This document shows positions 1-9,518 of a DNA stretch of 49,703 bases, in pieces. Within the stretch, counting starts at the first letter, position 1. Each line of letters opens with the position of its first letter. Under the pieces are notes generated by a model. That model saw only the letters and a list, made by a program, of their open reading frames with translations. It had not been told where the DNA came from and did no database searches. This stretch comes from Candidatus Xenobia bacterium (GTDB lineage: Bacteria > Vulcanimicrobiota > Xenobia > Xenobiales > QWHO01), in NCBI GenBank assembly GCA_045863235.1, contig BTUM01000058.1:1-49703 (forward strand), in the 5' to 3' direction. The translations under genes and the position numbers were made by a program.

Positions 1-2
1 GC

Positions 3-1121
3 ACCGGTCCCAACGGGTATCCCGGTCCCGAGCAGACCGGAGCCGGACGCACCGGGCCCTTTACCAGCAGCTCGGACCCGGGCGACCAGCCCACTCTCCC
101 CGGCCACTCCATCGTGACCTCCAGCTCGAGTCAGGATGACCAACCCACCATCCCTGACCTGCAGATTGGAGCCCGCATCGGGCTGCCCGGACCCGACGGC
201 AAGCCCGGGCACGTTTCCATCCCCGAGGCCGACCTCCAGCGGGGCATCACGCTGGGGCGCCAGGTGCCGGGCGAGTCCTCTCCCGACCTGCCCCTCGACG
301 ACCCCACCGTCAGCCGCCAGCACGCCCACATCCAGCGAGGCGAGGATGGGCGGATCCGGGTGGTCGACCTCGGCTCCAGGAACGGGACCACCATCGTAGA
401 GGGAGACCAGCGCTGGCAGCTGACCCCCCACGAGTCTTACGTCCTGGGCGAGCGTCAGTCGCTCGAGCTCGGTCGCTCGCCCGTGAGCCTGCACGACCTG
501 CAGCCCCAGAAGCCGCCCAGCCTGCCGCTGGAACCCATCAGCCACCCCCAATCGCCCGCGCCGGCCACGACCGAGCAGGTCCGGGAAGCGATGCGCGCCG
601 TGCCTCCCCACCTGCAACAGCGACTGGCGGACGAGGGTTGGAAGGTCTACGGAGTCCGCAGCATGGCCGACATCGTCGACCCGAGGCTGGCCAACCAGAC
701 TCCGCGCGGATACCAGCCCGGATCGACCTATGACGACGTGCCCGCGATGGCCGACCCGTCCAAACAGGAGATCTACATCTCGGACCGGTCCAGGCGGGAT
801 GGACGGGTGGCCGGAGACATCAACCACGAAATCGGCCACGCCCTGGACGCCTCCCTGGGCATTTCGGGAAGCCCCGAGTTCGAGCAGGTCTATCGGCTTG
901 ACGCCGGCGAGGTGGACACCTTCATCGGAATCCAGCGCCCGGTGGACTACTACCTGCAGGATTACGGCGCTCACGGCTCCAGCAGCGGCCAGCAGGAGGC
1001 GGTGGCCCAGGGGATCGGAGCCATCCTTCACGGTGACCCGAACAGCCAGTATTATCAGGACTTCCAGGCCCGCTTTCCCAACGTGATCAGCTACCTGGAG
1101 GAGCGCCTGCGGAAGCCCTGA
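3..1121 (+). CDS. FHA domain + ATLF/PPEP-like zinc metallopeptidase fusion protein (5' end lies outside the window)
   Basis: Frame is open from nt 3. FHA motifs ITLGR, VSRQHA, DLGSRNGT; C-terminal TPRGYQPGSTYDDVP, HEIGHALD, ISGSPEF, QEAVA, FPNVISYL as in anthrax-LF-like/Pro-Pro endopeptidase domains. Confidence 0.8.
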   Translation, partial: TGPNGYPGPEQTGAGRTGPFTSSSDPGDQPTLPGHSIVTSSSSQDDQPTIPDLQIGARIGLPGPDGKPGHVSIPEADLQRGITLGRQVPGESSPDLPLDDPTVSRQHAHIQRGEDGRIRVVDLGSRNGTTIVEGDQRWQLTPHESYVLGERQSLELGRSPVSLHDLQPQKPPSLPLEPISHPQSPAPATTEQVREAMRAVPPHLQQRLADEGWKVYGVRSMADIVDPRLANQTPRGYQPGSTYDDVPAMADPSKQEIYISDRSRRDGRVAGDINHEIGHALDASLGISGSPEFEQVYRLDAGEVDTFIGIQRPVDYYLQDYGAHGSSSGQQEAVAQGIGAILHGDPNSQYYQDFQARFPNVISYLEERLRKP

Positions 1122-1160
1122 CGCGAAGGACTCCCCGTCCGGCGACAGAACGAGCCTCTC

Positions 1161-1982
1161 GTGTCGCTCGAAGACTGCCCGCTCTGTCACTCCACCCGGG
1201 CCGAGGTGCTGGCCGAGTTTCCACCACGTCGGGTGCTGCGCTGCCGCGATTGTCGTCTCGGCTATCTCAGCCCGCGCCTGTCGGCCGAGGAGATGCTCGA
1301 GCACTACCGCACCGGCGACTACTACGAGAGCAGCGAGGGCTCCGGCTACAGCTCGTATCTGGCTCAGGAGCGCTCGCTGCGGCTCACTTTCCGCCTGCTC
1401 CTGGGCAAGCTGGCTCGCAAGGGCCATACCGGTGGTCGATTGCTGGAGATCGGCTGCGGCTACGGTTTTTTTCTGACTGAAGCTCGGGGCCTCTTCTCCA
1501 GCCTGACTGCCACCGACTACAGCCCCGGAGCCGTCGAGCAGGCCCGCAAGACGGGTGCCACCGTCTACCTGGGCGGGCTGGAGTCGGTGCCGTCCGAGGC
1601 CACCTATGACACCGCCGTCATGCTGCAGGTGCTCGAGCACCTCTACGACCCGCTCGACTTCCTCACCAGGCTTCGCTCCAGACTGAGGCCGGGGGGCTGC
1701 CTGGCGGTGGCCGTGCCCAACCTGGCCAGCCCGCTCCGACTCTTGCTGGGCCGGCGCTGGCCCTCCTATAAGGTCCCCGAGCACGTGGCCTACTATGACC
1801 AGACCACGCTCAAGAGAGCCCTTCAACAAGCCGGTTTCAGCAACGTGCAGGGTGTCTTCTATCCCGAGTTCTTTCCCCTCGGCTTGTTGGCCGAGAAATT
1901 CAAGCTGCGCCTGCCCGGCTGGCTGGCTCGCCAGATCCTGTGGGTGCCCACCACCTCGGTGGCCTGCGTCGCACGAGCGTGA
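1161..1982 (+). CDS. Class I SAM-dependent methyltransferase with N-terminal Zn-ribbon
   Basis: CPLC...CRDC, LLEIGCGYG, VLEHLYDP, LRPGG...VPN. Confidence 0.9.
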   Translation: MSLEDCPLCHSTRAEVLAEFPPRRVLRCRDCRLGYLSPRLSAEEMLEHYRTGDYYESSEGSGYSSYLAQERSLRLTFRLLLGKLARKGHTGGRLLEIGCGYGFFLTEARGLFSSLTATDYSPGAVEQARKTGATVYLGGLESVPSEATYDTAVMLQVLEHLYDPLDFLTRLRSRLRPGGCLAVAVPNLASPLRLLLGRRWPSYKVPEHVAYYDQTTLKRALQQAGFSNVQGVFYPEFFPLGLLAEKFKLRLPGWLARQILWVPTTSVACVARA

Positions 1983-3385
1983 AGCGGCTGCTGGTCGTTC
2001 TCACCTTGCTCTCGCTGGTCCCAATCTGGGCCTTTCCTTACCCGGCCCTGCAGGATTATCCCCAACACCTGTTCCAGGCGCGGGTGGTGGCCGACCCGGC
2101 CGCCCACCCCGAGTACCAGGTCCATCTGGCTCCCACCTACTCGGTCTTCTACCTGGTTACCTCGAGCCTGGCCCGCTACTTGCCCCTGGATGTGGCCGGA
2201 AGGGCGGCGGTCTCGCTCTATCTCCTGCTGATGGCGCTGGCCGCCTGGAGGCTGGCGCGGCCCTGGAACTGGGGCGCTCTGCTGCTCTTTCCGGTGTGTT
2301 ACAACCAGTTCTACTTCCTGGGTCTCCTGAACTACATCTACGCCTTCCCTATCCTGCTTCTGGCCCTGCTCGACCTGGAGGCCTCCAGAGTCAACTGGCG
2401 GCTGCCCCTCTGGTTGCTGGCCCTGCTCTTCGCCCACCCCTTCGGATTGCTGGTCTACCTGGGGGTAGTGATCCTGTGGGCCCTGCTGACCCGCGAGCGA
2501 AAGTACCTCATCGCCCTGGCCGCCGGCTCGCTGGTCTTCGGGCTGTGGTATCTCTCCCAAGAGACCACGCCCTACGGGCGAAGCGGGGTGCACTTCCTGG
2601 GCCTGGGCTACAATCTGCGATTCCTGGCTACTTTCTTCACCAACACCGGCTGGGAAGCCAGCACCGACTGGTCCACCCTGATGCTGTGGGTGGTGGCTCT
2701 GGCCATCCTGGCCCGGTGCGCCTTCAAGGAGGGCACCCAACCCGGAGTGAGGATGGCTGCCGCGGCCATAGCGGGGGGCCTGCTGATGGGCCTGGTGGGT
2801 CCCTGGGGACTGGGGGGAATGAACTTCGCGCTGGGCCAGAGGCTCAGCATCGTGGCCTTCCTCTTCCTGCCCGTACTGGCCTCGCGCGTCATCGTGCGCG
2901 GCCTGTGGGCCTTCGCGCTGGTGGCCGTGGCCATCTCGCTGGTGCTCTTGTCCGATTCCAAGCAATATCGCATCAGCCGCGAAATCGCCACCATCAGCCC
3001 TCTCATCGCTCAGATGGAGCCCGGCCAGGCGGTCCTACCGCTGATGTTCGACCAGGGATACTCGGACGAATCCGACTACTATTTCTACCAGCCCCACCTG
3101 CACGATGTCTTCTACTACCACATCGCCAAAGGGGGCGTGGCCGGCTCGCTCTGGTCGGCCGGCACGCTGCCGGTCGACTTCAAGCCCGGACAGCGCCCGG
3201 CCGCGCCCGAGCCCTACTTTCCCAACCAGTTCGACTGGCGGCGCCACGCCCACTATCGGTACTACCTGGTGCGGGGAGGGGACGAGCAGGTGGACCGCTA
3301 CCTGGCCTTTGCCGCGCGCCTGGTGGGGCGCTCGGGGCCCTGGCGCCTCTACGAGCGGCGCTCCAGTGACCAGCGTGCGCAGTGA
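1979..3385 (+). CDS. Multi-pass membrane protein, probable GT-C-type glycosyltransferase
   Basis: GTG start overlapping upstream TGA (GTGA); many hydrophobic segments; first-loop PALQDYPQHL, GLLNY and HP motifs; soluble C-terminal domain; GT2 neighbour. Confidence 0.65.
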   Translation: MKRLLVVLTLLSLVPIWAFPYPALQDYPQHLFQARVVADPAAHPEYQVHLAPTYSVFYLVTSSLARYLPLDVAGRAAVSLYLLLMALAAWRLARPWNWGALLLFPVCYNQFYFLGLLNYIYAFPILLLALLDLEASRVNWRLPLWLLALLFAHPFGLLVYLGVVILWALLTRERKYLIALAAGSLVFGLWYLSQETTPYGRSGVHFLGLGYNLRFLATFFTNTGWEASTDWSTLMLWVVALAILARCAFKEGTQPGVRMAAAAIAGGLLMGLVGPWGLGGMNFALGQRLSIVAFLFLPVLASRVIVRGLWAFALVAVAISLVLLSDSKQYRISREIATISPLIAQMEPGQAVLPLMFDQGYSDESDYYFYQPHLHDVFYYHIAKGGVAGSLWSAGTLPVDFKPGQRPAAPEPYFPNQFDWRRHAHYRYYLVRGGDEQVDRYLAFAARLVGRSGPWRLYERRSSDQRAQ

Positions 3386-3544
3386 TAGCCTGTTTCAACC
3401 TGTTGAAGGCGCGGGAGACAATCTGTTGAACGGCACCGCGCTCTCGGGCTCGGCCTGACGAACGCGCCGGAAGCGAGAAATCCTGAAGATGTCAACGCGT
3501 GGCGCCTTAAGGGAGGGAGCCGCCGACCGGGCTGCGAAAGCCGG

Positions 3545-4261
3545 TTGGTGGCCCAAACTCCCACGGTGCAAGAGGTCCTGGCCCGCTATCCCAAGACCCG
3601 AGCCGAACTGCCCGAGTCCTACCGCGAGGTCTACGAGGCCAACTACTACAGCAATCGCCAGGGGCGCACCGCGGCCAGCCGCCTCTCGCTCTTCGTAGAA
3701 AGCTGGATGCACCGCCAGGTGGCCCGCGACACCAGGACGCGCACCGCGCCCTTCCGCACCCTGGAGGTGGGAGCGGGCACCCTCAACCACCTCCCCTTCG
3801 AGCCCACCAGCCGCCCCTACGACGTGGTAGAACCGTTCGAGGGCCTCTACCTGGATTCACCCTACCGCGACCAGATCGGTCGCTTCTACGCCGACATCTC
3901 CGAGGTCCCCGGGCCTTATGAGCGCATCATCTCGGTGGCCACCTTCGAGCACCTGGAGGATCTGCCCACCATGATCGCCCGCTGCGCCGAGTTGCTCACC
4001 CCGGATGGTGACCTGCGGGTCGCCATCCCCTCGGAGGGGAGCTGGGTCTGGAAACTGGCCTACACGCTCAGCACCGGCCTGGAGTTTCGCCTGCGCCACG
4101 GCCTGAGCTATGAGACTTTGATGCGCTATCTCCACTGCAACACCTGGGTCGAGGTGCGCACCCTGCTCGAAGCCCGCTTTCGCACAGTGCGCTGCAGCTG
4201 CCTGGGCCTCTCCCCCGCCCTGTCGCTGTATCAATTTTATTCCTGCCGGGAGCCACGATGA
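3545..4261 (+). CDS. Class I SAM-dependent methyltransferase
   Basis: TLEVGAGTLNH, ATFEHLEDLP, LTPDG...VAIP; start TTG 3545 or GTG 3548; ATGA overlap with the next gene. Confidence 0.85.
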   Translation: MVAQTPTVQEVLARYPKTRAELPESYREVYEANYYSNRQGRTAASRLSLFVESWMHRQVARDTRTRTAPFRTLEVGAGTLNHLPFEPTSRPYDVVEPFEGLYLDSPYRDQIGRFYADISEVPGPYERIISVATFEHLEDLPTMIARCAELLTPDGDLRVAIPSEGSWVWKLAYTLSTGLEFRLRHGLSYETLMRYLHCNTWVEVRTLLEARFRTVRCSCLGLSPALSLYQFYSCREPR

Positions 4262-5184
4262 TCACCCTCTCGCTGGTCATCCCCGTATTCAACGAAGGCG
4301 AGGCGCTGGAGGCTCACCTGGCCGAGATCCGCTTCCACGCCCAGCAGACCGGCCTGCCCTGCCGCATCATCCTGGTGGACGACGGCTCCAGCGACAATAC
4401 CTGGCAGGTATGCCGGCGTCTGCCCAACGTGGAAGCCATCCGCTTCAGCCGCAACTTCGGCAAGGAGGCGGCTATCCTGGCCGGGCTGCGGGCCACCCGA
4501 GAAGACCTGACCATCGTGATGGACAGCGATCTCGAGCATCCTCCAGCTTTGATCCCCAGGATGGTGGAGCTGTGGCGCCAGGGCAGCTACCAGGTCGTGG
4601 AGGCGGTCAAGGCCCGCAGAGCCCGCGAGCCCTGGTACCGCCGCCTGGGGGCCCGCATCTTCAACCGCAGCATGCGCACCCTGGCCGGAGTCGATCTGGC
4701 AGGTCAGAGCGACTTCAAGCTGCTGACCCGCGAGATGGTGGAGGCCTACCTCGACCTGCCCGAGGCCAACCGCTTCTTCCGCGGGCTGATTACCTGGCTC
4801 GGACCGCGTCGGGCCGAGATCCCCTTCGAGGTGCCCCCCTCCAACCGGCGCACCCGCTGGAGCTTCTCGCAGCTGGTCAGCCTCAGCCTCTCAGCTCTGT
4901 CGTCCTTCTCTTACGTGCCCCTTCAGATGATCACGCTGGCCGGGTTTCTGACCTTCGTGGGCAGCTTCTTGCTGAGCCTCTACGTGCTCTGGGTGAAGTT
5001 CTCGGGACGCGCGGTGGAAGGCTTTGCCACCGTCATCCTGGTGGTGCTGTTCGTGGGCAGCATCACCATGATCTCGCTGGGCATCATCGGCGGCTACCTG
5101 GCCCGCATCTACGACGAGCTCAAGCGCCGCCCGCCCTACGTGATATCCGACCAGCGCCACCTGGATTCAACCTCGTCGAGTTGA
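4258..5184 (+). CDS. GT2 family polyprenol-phosphate glycosyltransferase (GtrB/YkcC-like)
   Basis: VIPVFNE, VDDGSSD, FSRNFGKEAA, MDSDLEHPP, NRFFRG, two C-terminal TM helices, RPPY. Confidence 0.92.
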   Translation: MITLSLVIPVFNEGEALEAHLAEIRFHAQQTGLPCRIILVDDGSSDNTWQVCRRLPNVEAIRFSRNFGKEAAILAGLRATREDLTIVMDSDLEHPPALIPRMVELWRQGSYQVVEAVKARRAREPWYRRLGARIFNRSMRTLAGVDLAGQSDFKLLTREMVEAYLDLPEANRFFRGLITWLGPRRAEIPFEVPPSNRRTRWSFSQLVSLSLSALSSFSYVPLQMITLAGFLTFVGSFLLSLYVLWVKFSGRAVEGFATVILVVLFVGSITMISLGIIGGYLARIYDELKRRPPYVISDQRHLDSTSSS

Positions 5185-5192
5185 CCAGCGCA

Positions 5193-5211
5193 CAGTTCCG
5201 ATCAGGAACTG
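5193..5211. terminator. Hairpin between convergent genes (possible bidirectional terminator)
   Basis: CAGTTCC-GATCA-GGAACTG perfect 7-bp inverted repeat in the convergent gap; no clear U-tract. Confidence 0.4.
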
Positions 5212-5253
5212 GGCACGTAACGTTCAAGTGGTTTCTCTCCCGACCTGGGCTCG

Positions 5254-6207
5254 TTACTGCTGCTGCTGCTTCTGCTGAGCCGCGTACCAGGCCGGCAGGT
5301 TGGGCAGTTCGATGGGCTCGCCCAGCGAGGTGAACCTGTCCTTCCCCATCGGCTGGCCCAGCAAGCGGACCTGCACCGCCACCGACAGCTCGCTGGTGGC
5401 CTCGCCCTTGTGGGTGCCGCGGTTGGGGGGGACGTCGCTGTAGTCGCGTCCCACGGCCGTGCGAATGTGGCGCTCGCCGGCCAGCAAGTTGTTGGTGGGA
5501 TCGAACCCCAGCCAGCCAAGCGTGGGCAGGTAGGCCTCCACCCAGGCGTGGGAGGCGTCGGGAACGCTTGTGTCGTCGCGATGGTAGAGGTAGCCCGAGA
5601 CGTAGCGCGCCGGAATGCCCAGCTGGCGGGCCAGTGCCAGGAACAGATGGGAGAAGTCCTGGCACACTCCGGCCCGGGAGGCCAGCACGTCCTCCAGCGG
5701 AGTCTCCACCCCGGTGGACTCGGGGGCGTAGCGAAAGCGCTCGTGCAGGCCCTGGTTCAGCTCGCGCAACACCGTCAGAGGGTCGTCGCGGCGGAAGGCG
5801 GCCAGCTCGCCCCGCAACGCCTCCAGCGCCTCCTCGCTCGCTCGCGTGCGGGCGGTCGGACTGAGAAAGTCGAAGTGCTCGCCTTCCTCCTGGGCTCGGT
5901 CGATCTCTTCCCAGACAGTGGGCGAGAGGGCGCTGGGTGGCGGCTCGGGCTCTTGCACCTGCAGGCGGGAGAGAGCGATGATGGTCAACTCCTGGATGGG
6001 GCGGGGAATGTCGAAATGGTGCACGATGTTTCCCTGGTAGTCTCGAAACGACTGTACCTGGGCGGCCGGCTCCACGGTCAGCTCGAAGCTCAGACAGATC
6101 TGACGGTCTTCCGAGCGCGGTTGCATGCGAAGCTCCATCAGCGTCTCGCGCACCGGCGCCGAATAGGTGAAGCGGGTGACGTGGCGCACCACGTAGCGCA
6201 GGCTCAC
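5254..6207 (-). CDS. Transglutaminase family protein (Bact_transglu_N + core)
   Basis: GTG at 6207 overlapping alpha-E stop; YVVRHVTRFTY, GVCQDFSH, ARYVSGY, SHAWVE, FDPTN, GRDYSDVPP; Gln-rich C-terminus. Confidence 0.92.
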   Translation of the reverse strand: MSLRYVVRHVTRFTYSAPVRETLMELRMQPRSEDRQICLSFELTVEPAAQVQSFRDYQGNIVHHFDIPRPIQELTIIALSRLQVQEPEPPPSALSPTVWEEIDRAQEEGEHFDFLSPTARTRASEEALEALRGELAAFRRDDPLTVLRELNQGLHERFRYAPESTGVETPLEDVLASRAGVCQDFSHLFLALARQLGIPARYVSGYLYHRDDTSVPDASHAWVEAYLPTLGWLGFDPTNNLLAGERHIRTAVGRDYSDVPPNRGTHKGEATSELSVAVQVRLLGQPMGKDRFTSLGEPIELPNLPAWYAAQQKQQQQ

Positions 6208-7181
6208 CAGAACTCTCCCGCGCTGACCGGCTCGAGGGCGTGCTCGATCGGGTAGGCGATGTAGGTTGCGTACATGGCGTCGTGGATGTCGGCGAGCTGA
6301 CGGCGGATCTCCTCCAGGAAGCCGGGCAGGCCCTGGGCCAGGATCTCCTCCAGGGTGCCGTAGCGAAGCGAGGCAACCAGCCGCCCGGTCAGGCGCAAGA
6401 GCCGGGTGCTGTTGGCCTGAGGGGCGTTGTCGCTGATGCGCCTGAGCGATCGGTCGATGCGGTCCACCGCAAAACGCACCGAGTGGGGAAACTCGGAGTT
6501 GAGCAGCAGGAACTGCACGATGCGGGCGCGTTGCAGCTCGGGGCTGTAGACCTTGCAGAAGGCCTCGAAAGCGGTGCAGCACTTGAGCAAAGCCACCAGG
6601 TCGAGGTATTCCTCGTTCTTGGCATGCTTGAACTGGGCTTCCAGCAGGACTGCCAGCGAACGAGCTCGCTCGACGAACCGGCCGAGCTGGATGAAGTTCC
6701 AGCCCGGCCCCCGGTAGGTGGTGGAGTCGGTGATGCCCTGGAAAAGCTGGGCCCCTTCCTTGACGGCCTGGTAGAAGTCGTGCGGATGAGCGCCGATCTC
6801 TTCGTCGCGCCTGGCCTCGGTTACACCCAGGTAGAGGCGGTTGAGCTCGCTCCACATCTCCGAGCTGATCAACTCGCGCACGTTGCGGGCGTTGTCACGA
6901 GCGCCCCGAATGCAGGAGTAGATCGAGCTGGGGTTGTCGGCGTCGAAGGTTAGAGTCTGGGTCAGCTGGTGGGAATCCAGACCGCTCTTCTCCAGCTCGG
7001 CGAAGGTAGAGCCGAACTCGAGCGAGGCCAGCAGCTTGTCCCAGTGGCGAGCGGCCGACTCGGGGGCCTGCTCGAGCACCAGGTTGTAGAACACGTCGAT
7101 CATGCGGGCGGTGTGCTCGGACCGCTCGAGATACCGACTCATCCAGTAAAGGTGGTCAGCCACCCGGCTCAACATGGTCAT
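6204..7181 (-). CDS. Alpha-E domain protein (DUF403)
   Basis: [51 protein letters not shown]. Confidence 0.93.
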   Translation of the reverse strand: MTMLSRVADHLYWMSRYLERSEHTARMIDVFYNLVLEQAPESAARHWDKLLASLEFGSTFAELEKSGLDSHQLTQTLTFDADNPSSIYSCIRGARDNARNVRELISSEMWSELNRLYLGVTEARRDEEIGAHPHDFYQAVKEGAQLFQGITDSTTYRGPGWNFIQLGRFVERARSLAVLLEAQFKHAKNEEYLDLVALLKCCTAFEAFCKVYSPELQRARIVQFLLLNSEFPHSVRFAVDRIDRSLRRISDNAPQANSTRLLRLTGRLVASLRYGTLEEILAQGLPGFLEEIRRQLADIHDAMYATYIAYPIEHALEPVSAGEFW

Positions 7182-8641
7182 TCGCAGAGCACCCAGGTGT
7201 CCTTACTGCCACCACCCTGAGAAGAATTGACCACCAGCGAGCCCCGGCGAAGCGCCACGCGGGTCAGCCCGCCAGGCACGATGTTGACCTGTTCACCATA
7301 CAGGATGTAAGGCCGCAGATCCACGTGGCGTGGCTCCACCACCCCGTCGATGAAACAGGGGGCGCGCGACAGGTCCAGGGTGGGCTGGGCGATATAATTG
7401 CGCGGCTTGGCCTCGATGCGGCGACGGAACTCCTCTCGCTCGCGCTCGGAGGAGTGGGGTCCGATCAGCATGTCGTAGCCGCCCGACTCGCCCACCGCCT
7501 TGACGACCAGCTGGTCGAGCCGATCGAGCACATGCTGACGCTGGGCGTCGTCGGTCAAAAGGTAGGTTTCAACGTTGGGCAGGATGGGCTCTTCCTTGAG
7601 GTAGTAGCGAATGATGGCTGGCACGTAAGCGTAGACGGCCTTGTCGTCGGCGACGCCGGTACCGATAGCGTTGGAAAGGTTTACGTTGCCGGCCCGGTAG
7701 GCGTTGAACAGGCCCGGCACGCCCAGAGCCGAGTCGGGGCGGAAGGCCAGCGGGTCGAGGAAGTCGTCGTCCACCCGGCGGTAGATCACGTCCACCCGCC
7801 GCAGCCCGCCCACCGTGCGCATATAGACCACGCCGTCGTGCACCAGCAGATCGCGACCCTCGACGAGTTGGATGCCCATCTGACGGGCCAGGAACGTGTG
7901 CTCGAAGTAGGCCGAGTTGTACACCCCGGGGGTGAGCAGCACGATGGTGGGCTCACGGTCTTTCTGGGGCGCCAGGGCCCGCAAGGTGCTGAGCAGGACA
8001 TGGCCGTAGTGGTCGGTGGAACGCACCCCGAAGTTGCGAAACAGAACCGGGAAGGCCCACTTCATGACCTGGCGGTTGGCCAGCATGTAGCTGACCCCGC
8101 TGGGCACGCGAAGGTTGTCCTCCAGCACCGCAAAGGTTCCGTCCGCCAGGCGCACCAGATCGGTGCCGGCCACCGAGACATAGACCTGACGGGGGACGTC
8201 CACTCCCCGCATTTCCTTGCGGTAGTGCTTGCAGCTGTAGACCAGATCGCGGGGAATCACCTTGTCCTTCAGGATCACCCCTTTGTGGTAGATGTCGTCC
8301 AGAAACAGGTTGAGCGCTACCAGCCGCTGAGTCAACCCGCGATCGAGGTGCTCCCACTCAGCGGCGGTGATGATGCGGGGCAAAAGATCGTAAGGAAAAA
8401 TCTTTTCGGTGCCCTCTTCGCGACCGTAGACGGTGAAGGTGATGCCCTGGTGCAAAAAGGACAGATCGGCCGCCTGCTGGCGACGACGCATCTCATCCGG
8501 ACCGAGCTCGAGGATGCGCTTATAGAGGGCACGATACTGCGGGCGCGGCTTTCCCGGCGCGGTGAACATCTCATCGAAGGCACTGCTCAGGTGATAGCTC
8601 TGAAACGGGCCCGATGCGGGGGCGGGCGTGGTTCTGGCCAT
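7178..8641 (-). CDS. Circularly permuted type 2 ATP-grasp protein
   Basis: [66 protein letters not shown]; likely ATG at 8641. Confidence 0.95.
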   Translation of the reverse strand: MARTTPAPASGPFQSYHLSSAFDEMFTAPGKPRPQYRALYKRILELGPDEMRRRQQAADLSFLHQGITFTVYGREEGTEKIFPYDLLPRIITAAEWEHLDRGLTQRLVALNLFLDDIYHKGVILKDKVIPRDLVYSCKHYRKEMRGVDVPRQVYVSVAGTDLVRLADGTFAVLEDNLRVPSGVSYMLANRQVMKWAFPVLFRNFGVRSTDHYGHVLLSTLRALAPQKDREPTIVLLTPGVYNSAYFEHTFLARQMGIQLVEGRDLLVHDGVVYMRTVGGLRRVDVIYRRVDDDFLDPLAFRPDSALGVPGLFNAYRAGNVNLSNAIGTGVADDKAVYAYVPAIIRYYLKEEPILPNVETYLLTDDAQRQHVLDRLDQLVVKAVGESGGYDMLIGPHSSEREREEFRRRIEAKPRNYIAQPTLDLSRAPCFIDGVVEPRHVDLRPYILYGEQVNIVPGGLTRVALRRGSLVVNSSQGGGSKDTWVLCE

Positions 8642-8777
8642 AAGCTCGATGGGTTCTTGTCCGGACCGGCGGTTCCCTCCGTCCAAACGTTCACATGTTG
8701 GCAACGAAAAGGGTCCAAATCATGGCTAGTCTGGATCGAAAAATTGCGAGACAATACAGACACAAGGAACACCAGAC

Positions 8778-9509
8778 ATGTTGATCAACCCTTCCGGATA
8801 TAACTTCTCGGGCGACCATCCAGCCCCCAGGGCTGAGCAGCTCAGCTCCAACAATGCCGCGTTCATGCAAGACCGGGTGACCATCGGAGGCCGCACCACC
8901 AATCTGGCGGGCAAGCCCACCGCGGCCACCGGCAGCTGGGACTACAACTGGCGCCCTGACGCCAACCCGGCTGACGACGAGGCCCGCCGTCGCCGCATCA
9001 ACGACATCCGCAACGAGATCGCCAACGTCGAGTGGAAGCAGCGCGAAGGCAACAATCGTCTGCAGCAGATCCCCAACGAGATCTGGCGCAAGGAGAACGA
9101 GCGCTCTCAACTCGAGTACGAAAAGAGCCGGCTGCAGAGTGAGCGCTCGGGTCTGGTCAACGAGAAGAATCGCATGGAAGGCGATCGCAACGTGGCCAAG
9201 GAGAACGACCGCTACGGCTACCCGCCTCCTCCCGGAGCCTACGGTTGGGGCGAGGTGATCAACGGGATCAATGACAAGCTCTACCCCGTGCTCGAGCGTA
9301 TCCGGACCATCGACTACGCGGTGCGCGACCTGGAGTACAAGATGGCCGACCGCACCCGCGAGATCGATAGCCTTCGGACCGAGCAGTATCGCCTCAACGA
9401 CGAGGTCAGCCGCACCACCTGGTTCATCAAGGAGCGAGCCTCGGAGTGGAAGGCCATCTACTCGAGCATGAACAATCCCACCTACGACCTGAACTGCCCC
9501 TACTGGTAG
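8778..9509 (+). CDS. Hypothetical coiled-coil protein
   Basis: ATG preceded by AAGGA; host-like codon usage; heptad-like charged helices flanking a YPPPPGAYGWG turn; no family recognised. Confidence 0.75.
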   Translation: MLINPSGYNFSGDHPAPRAEQLSSNNAAFMQDRVTIGGRTTNLAGKPTAATGSWDYNWRPDANPADDEARRRRINDIRNEIANVEWKQREGNNRLQQIPNEIWRKENERSQLEYEKSRLQSERSGLVNEKNRMEGDRNVAKENDRYGYPPPPGAYGWGEVINGINDKLYPVLERIRTIDYAVRDLEYKMADRTREIDSLRTEQYRLNDEVSRTTWFIKERASEWKAIYSSMNNPTYDLNCPYW

Positions 9510-9518
9510 AGCCAGGGC

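Noticed and set aside
3386..3545. IS end, MITE or riboswitch in the spacer with TTCAAC-CT-GTTGAA and other hairpins
   Set aside because: Hairpins are real but I see no paired terminal repeats, target duplication, second copy or known riboswitch consensus
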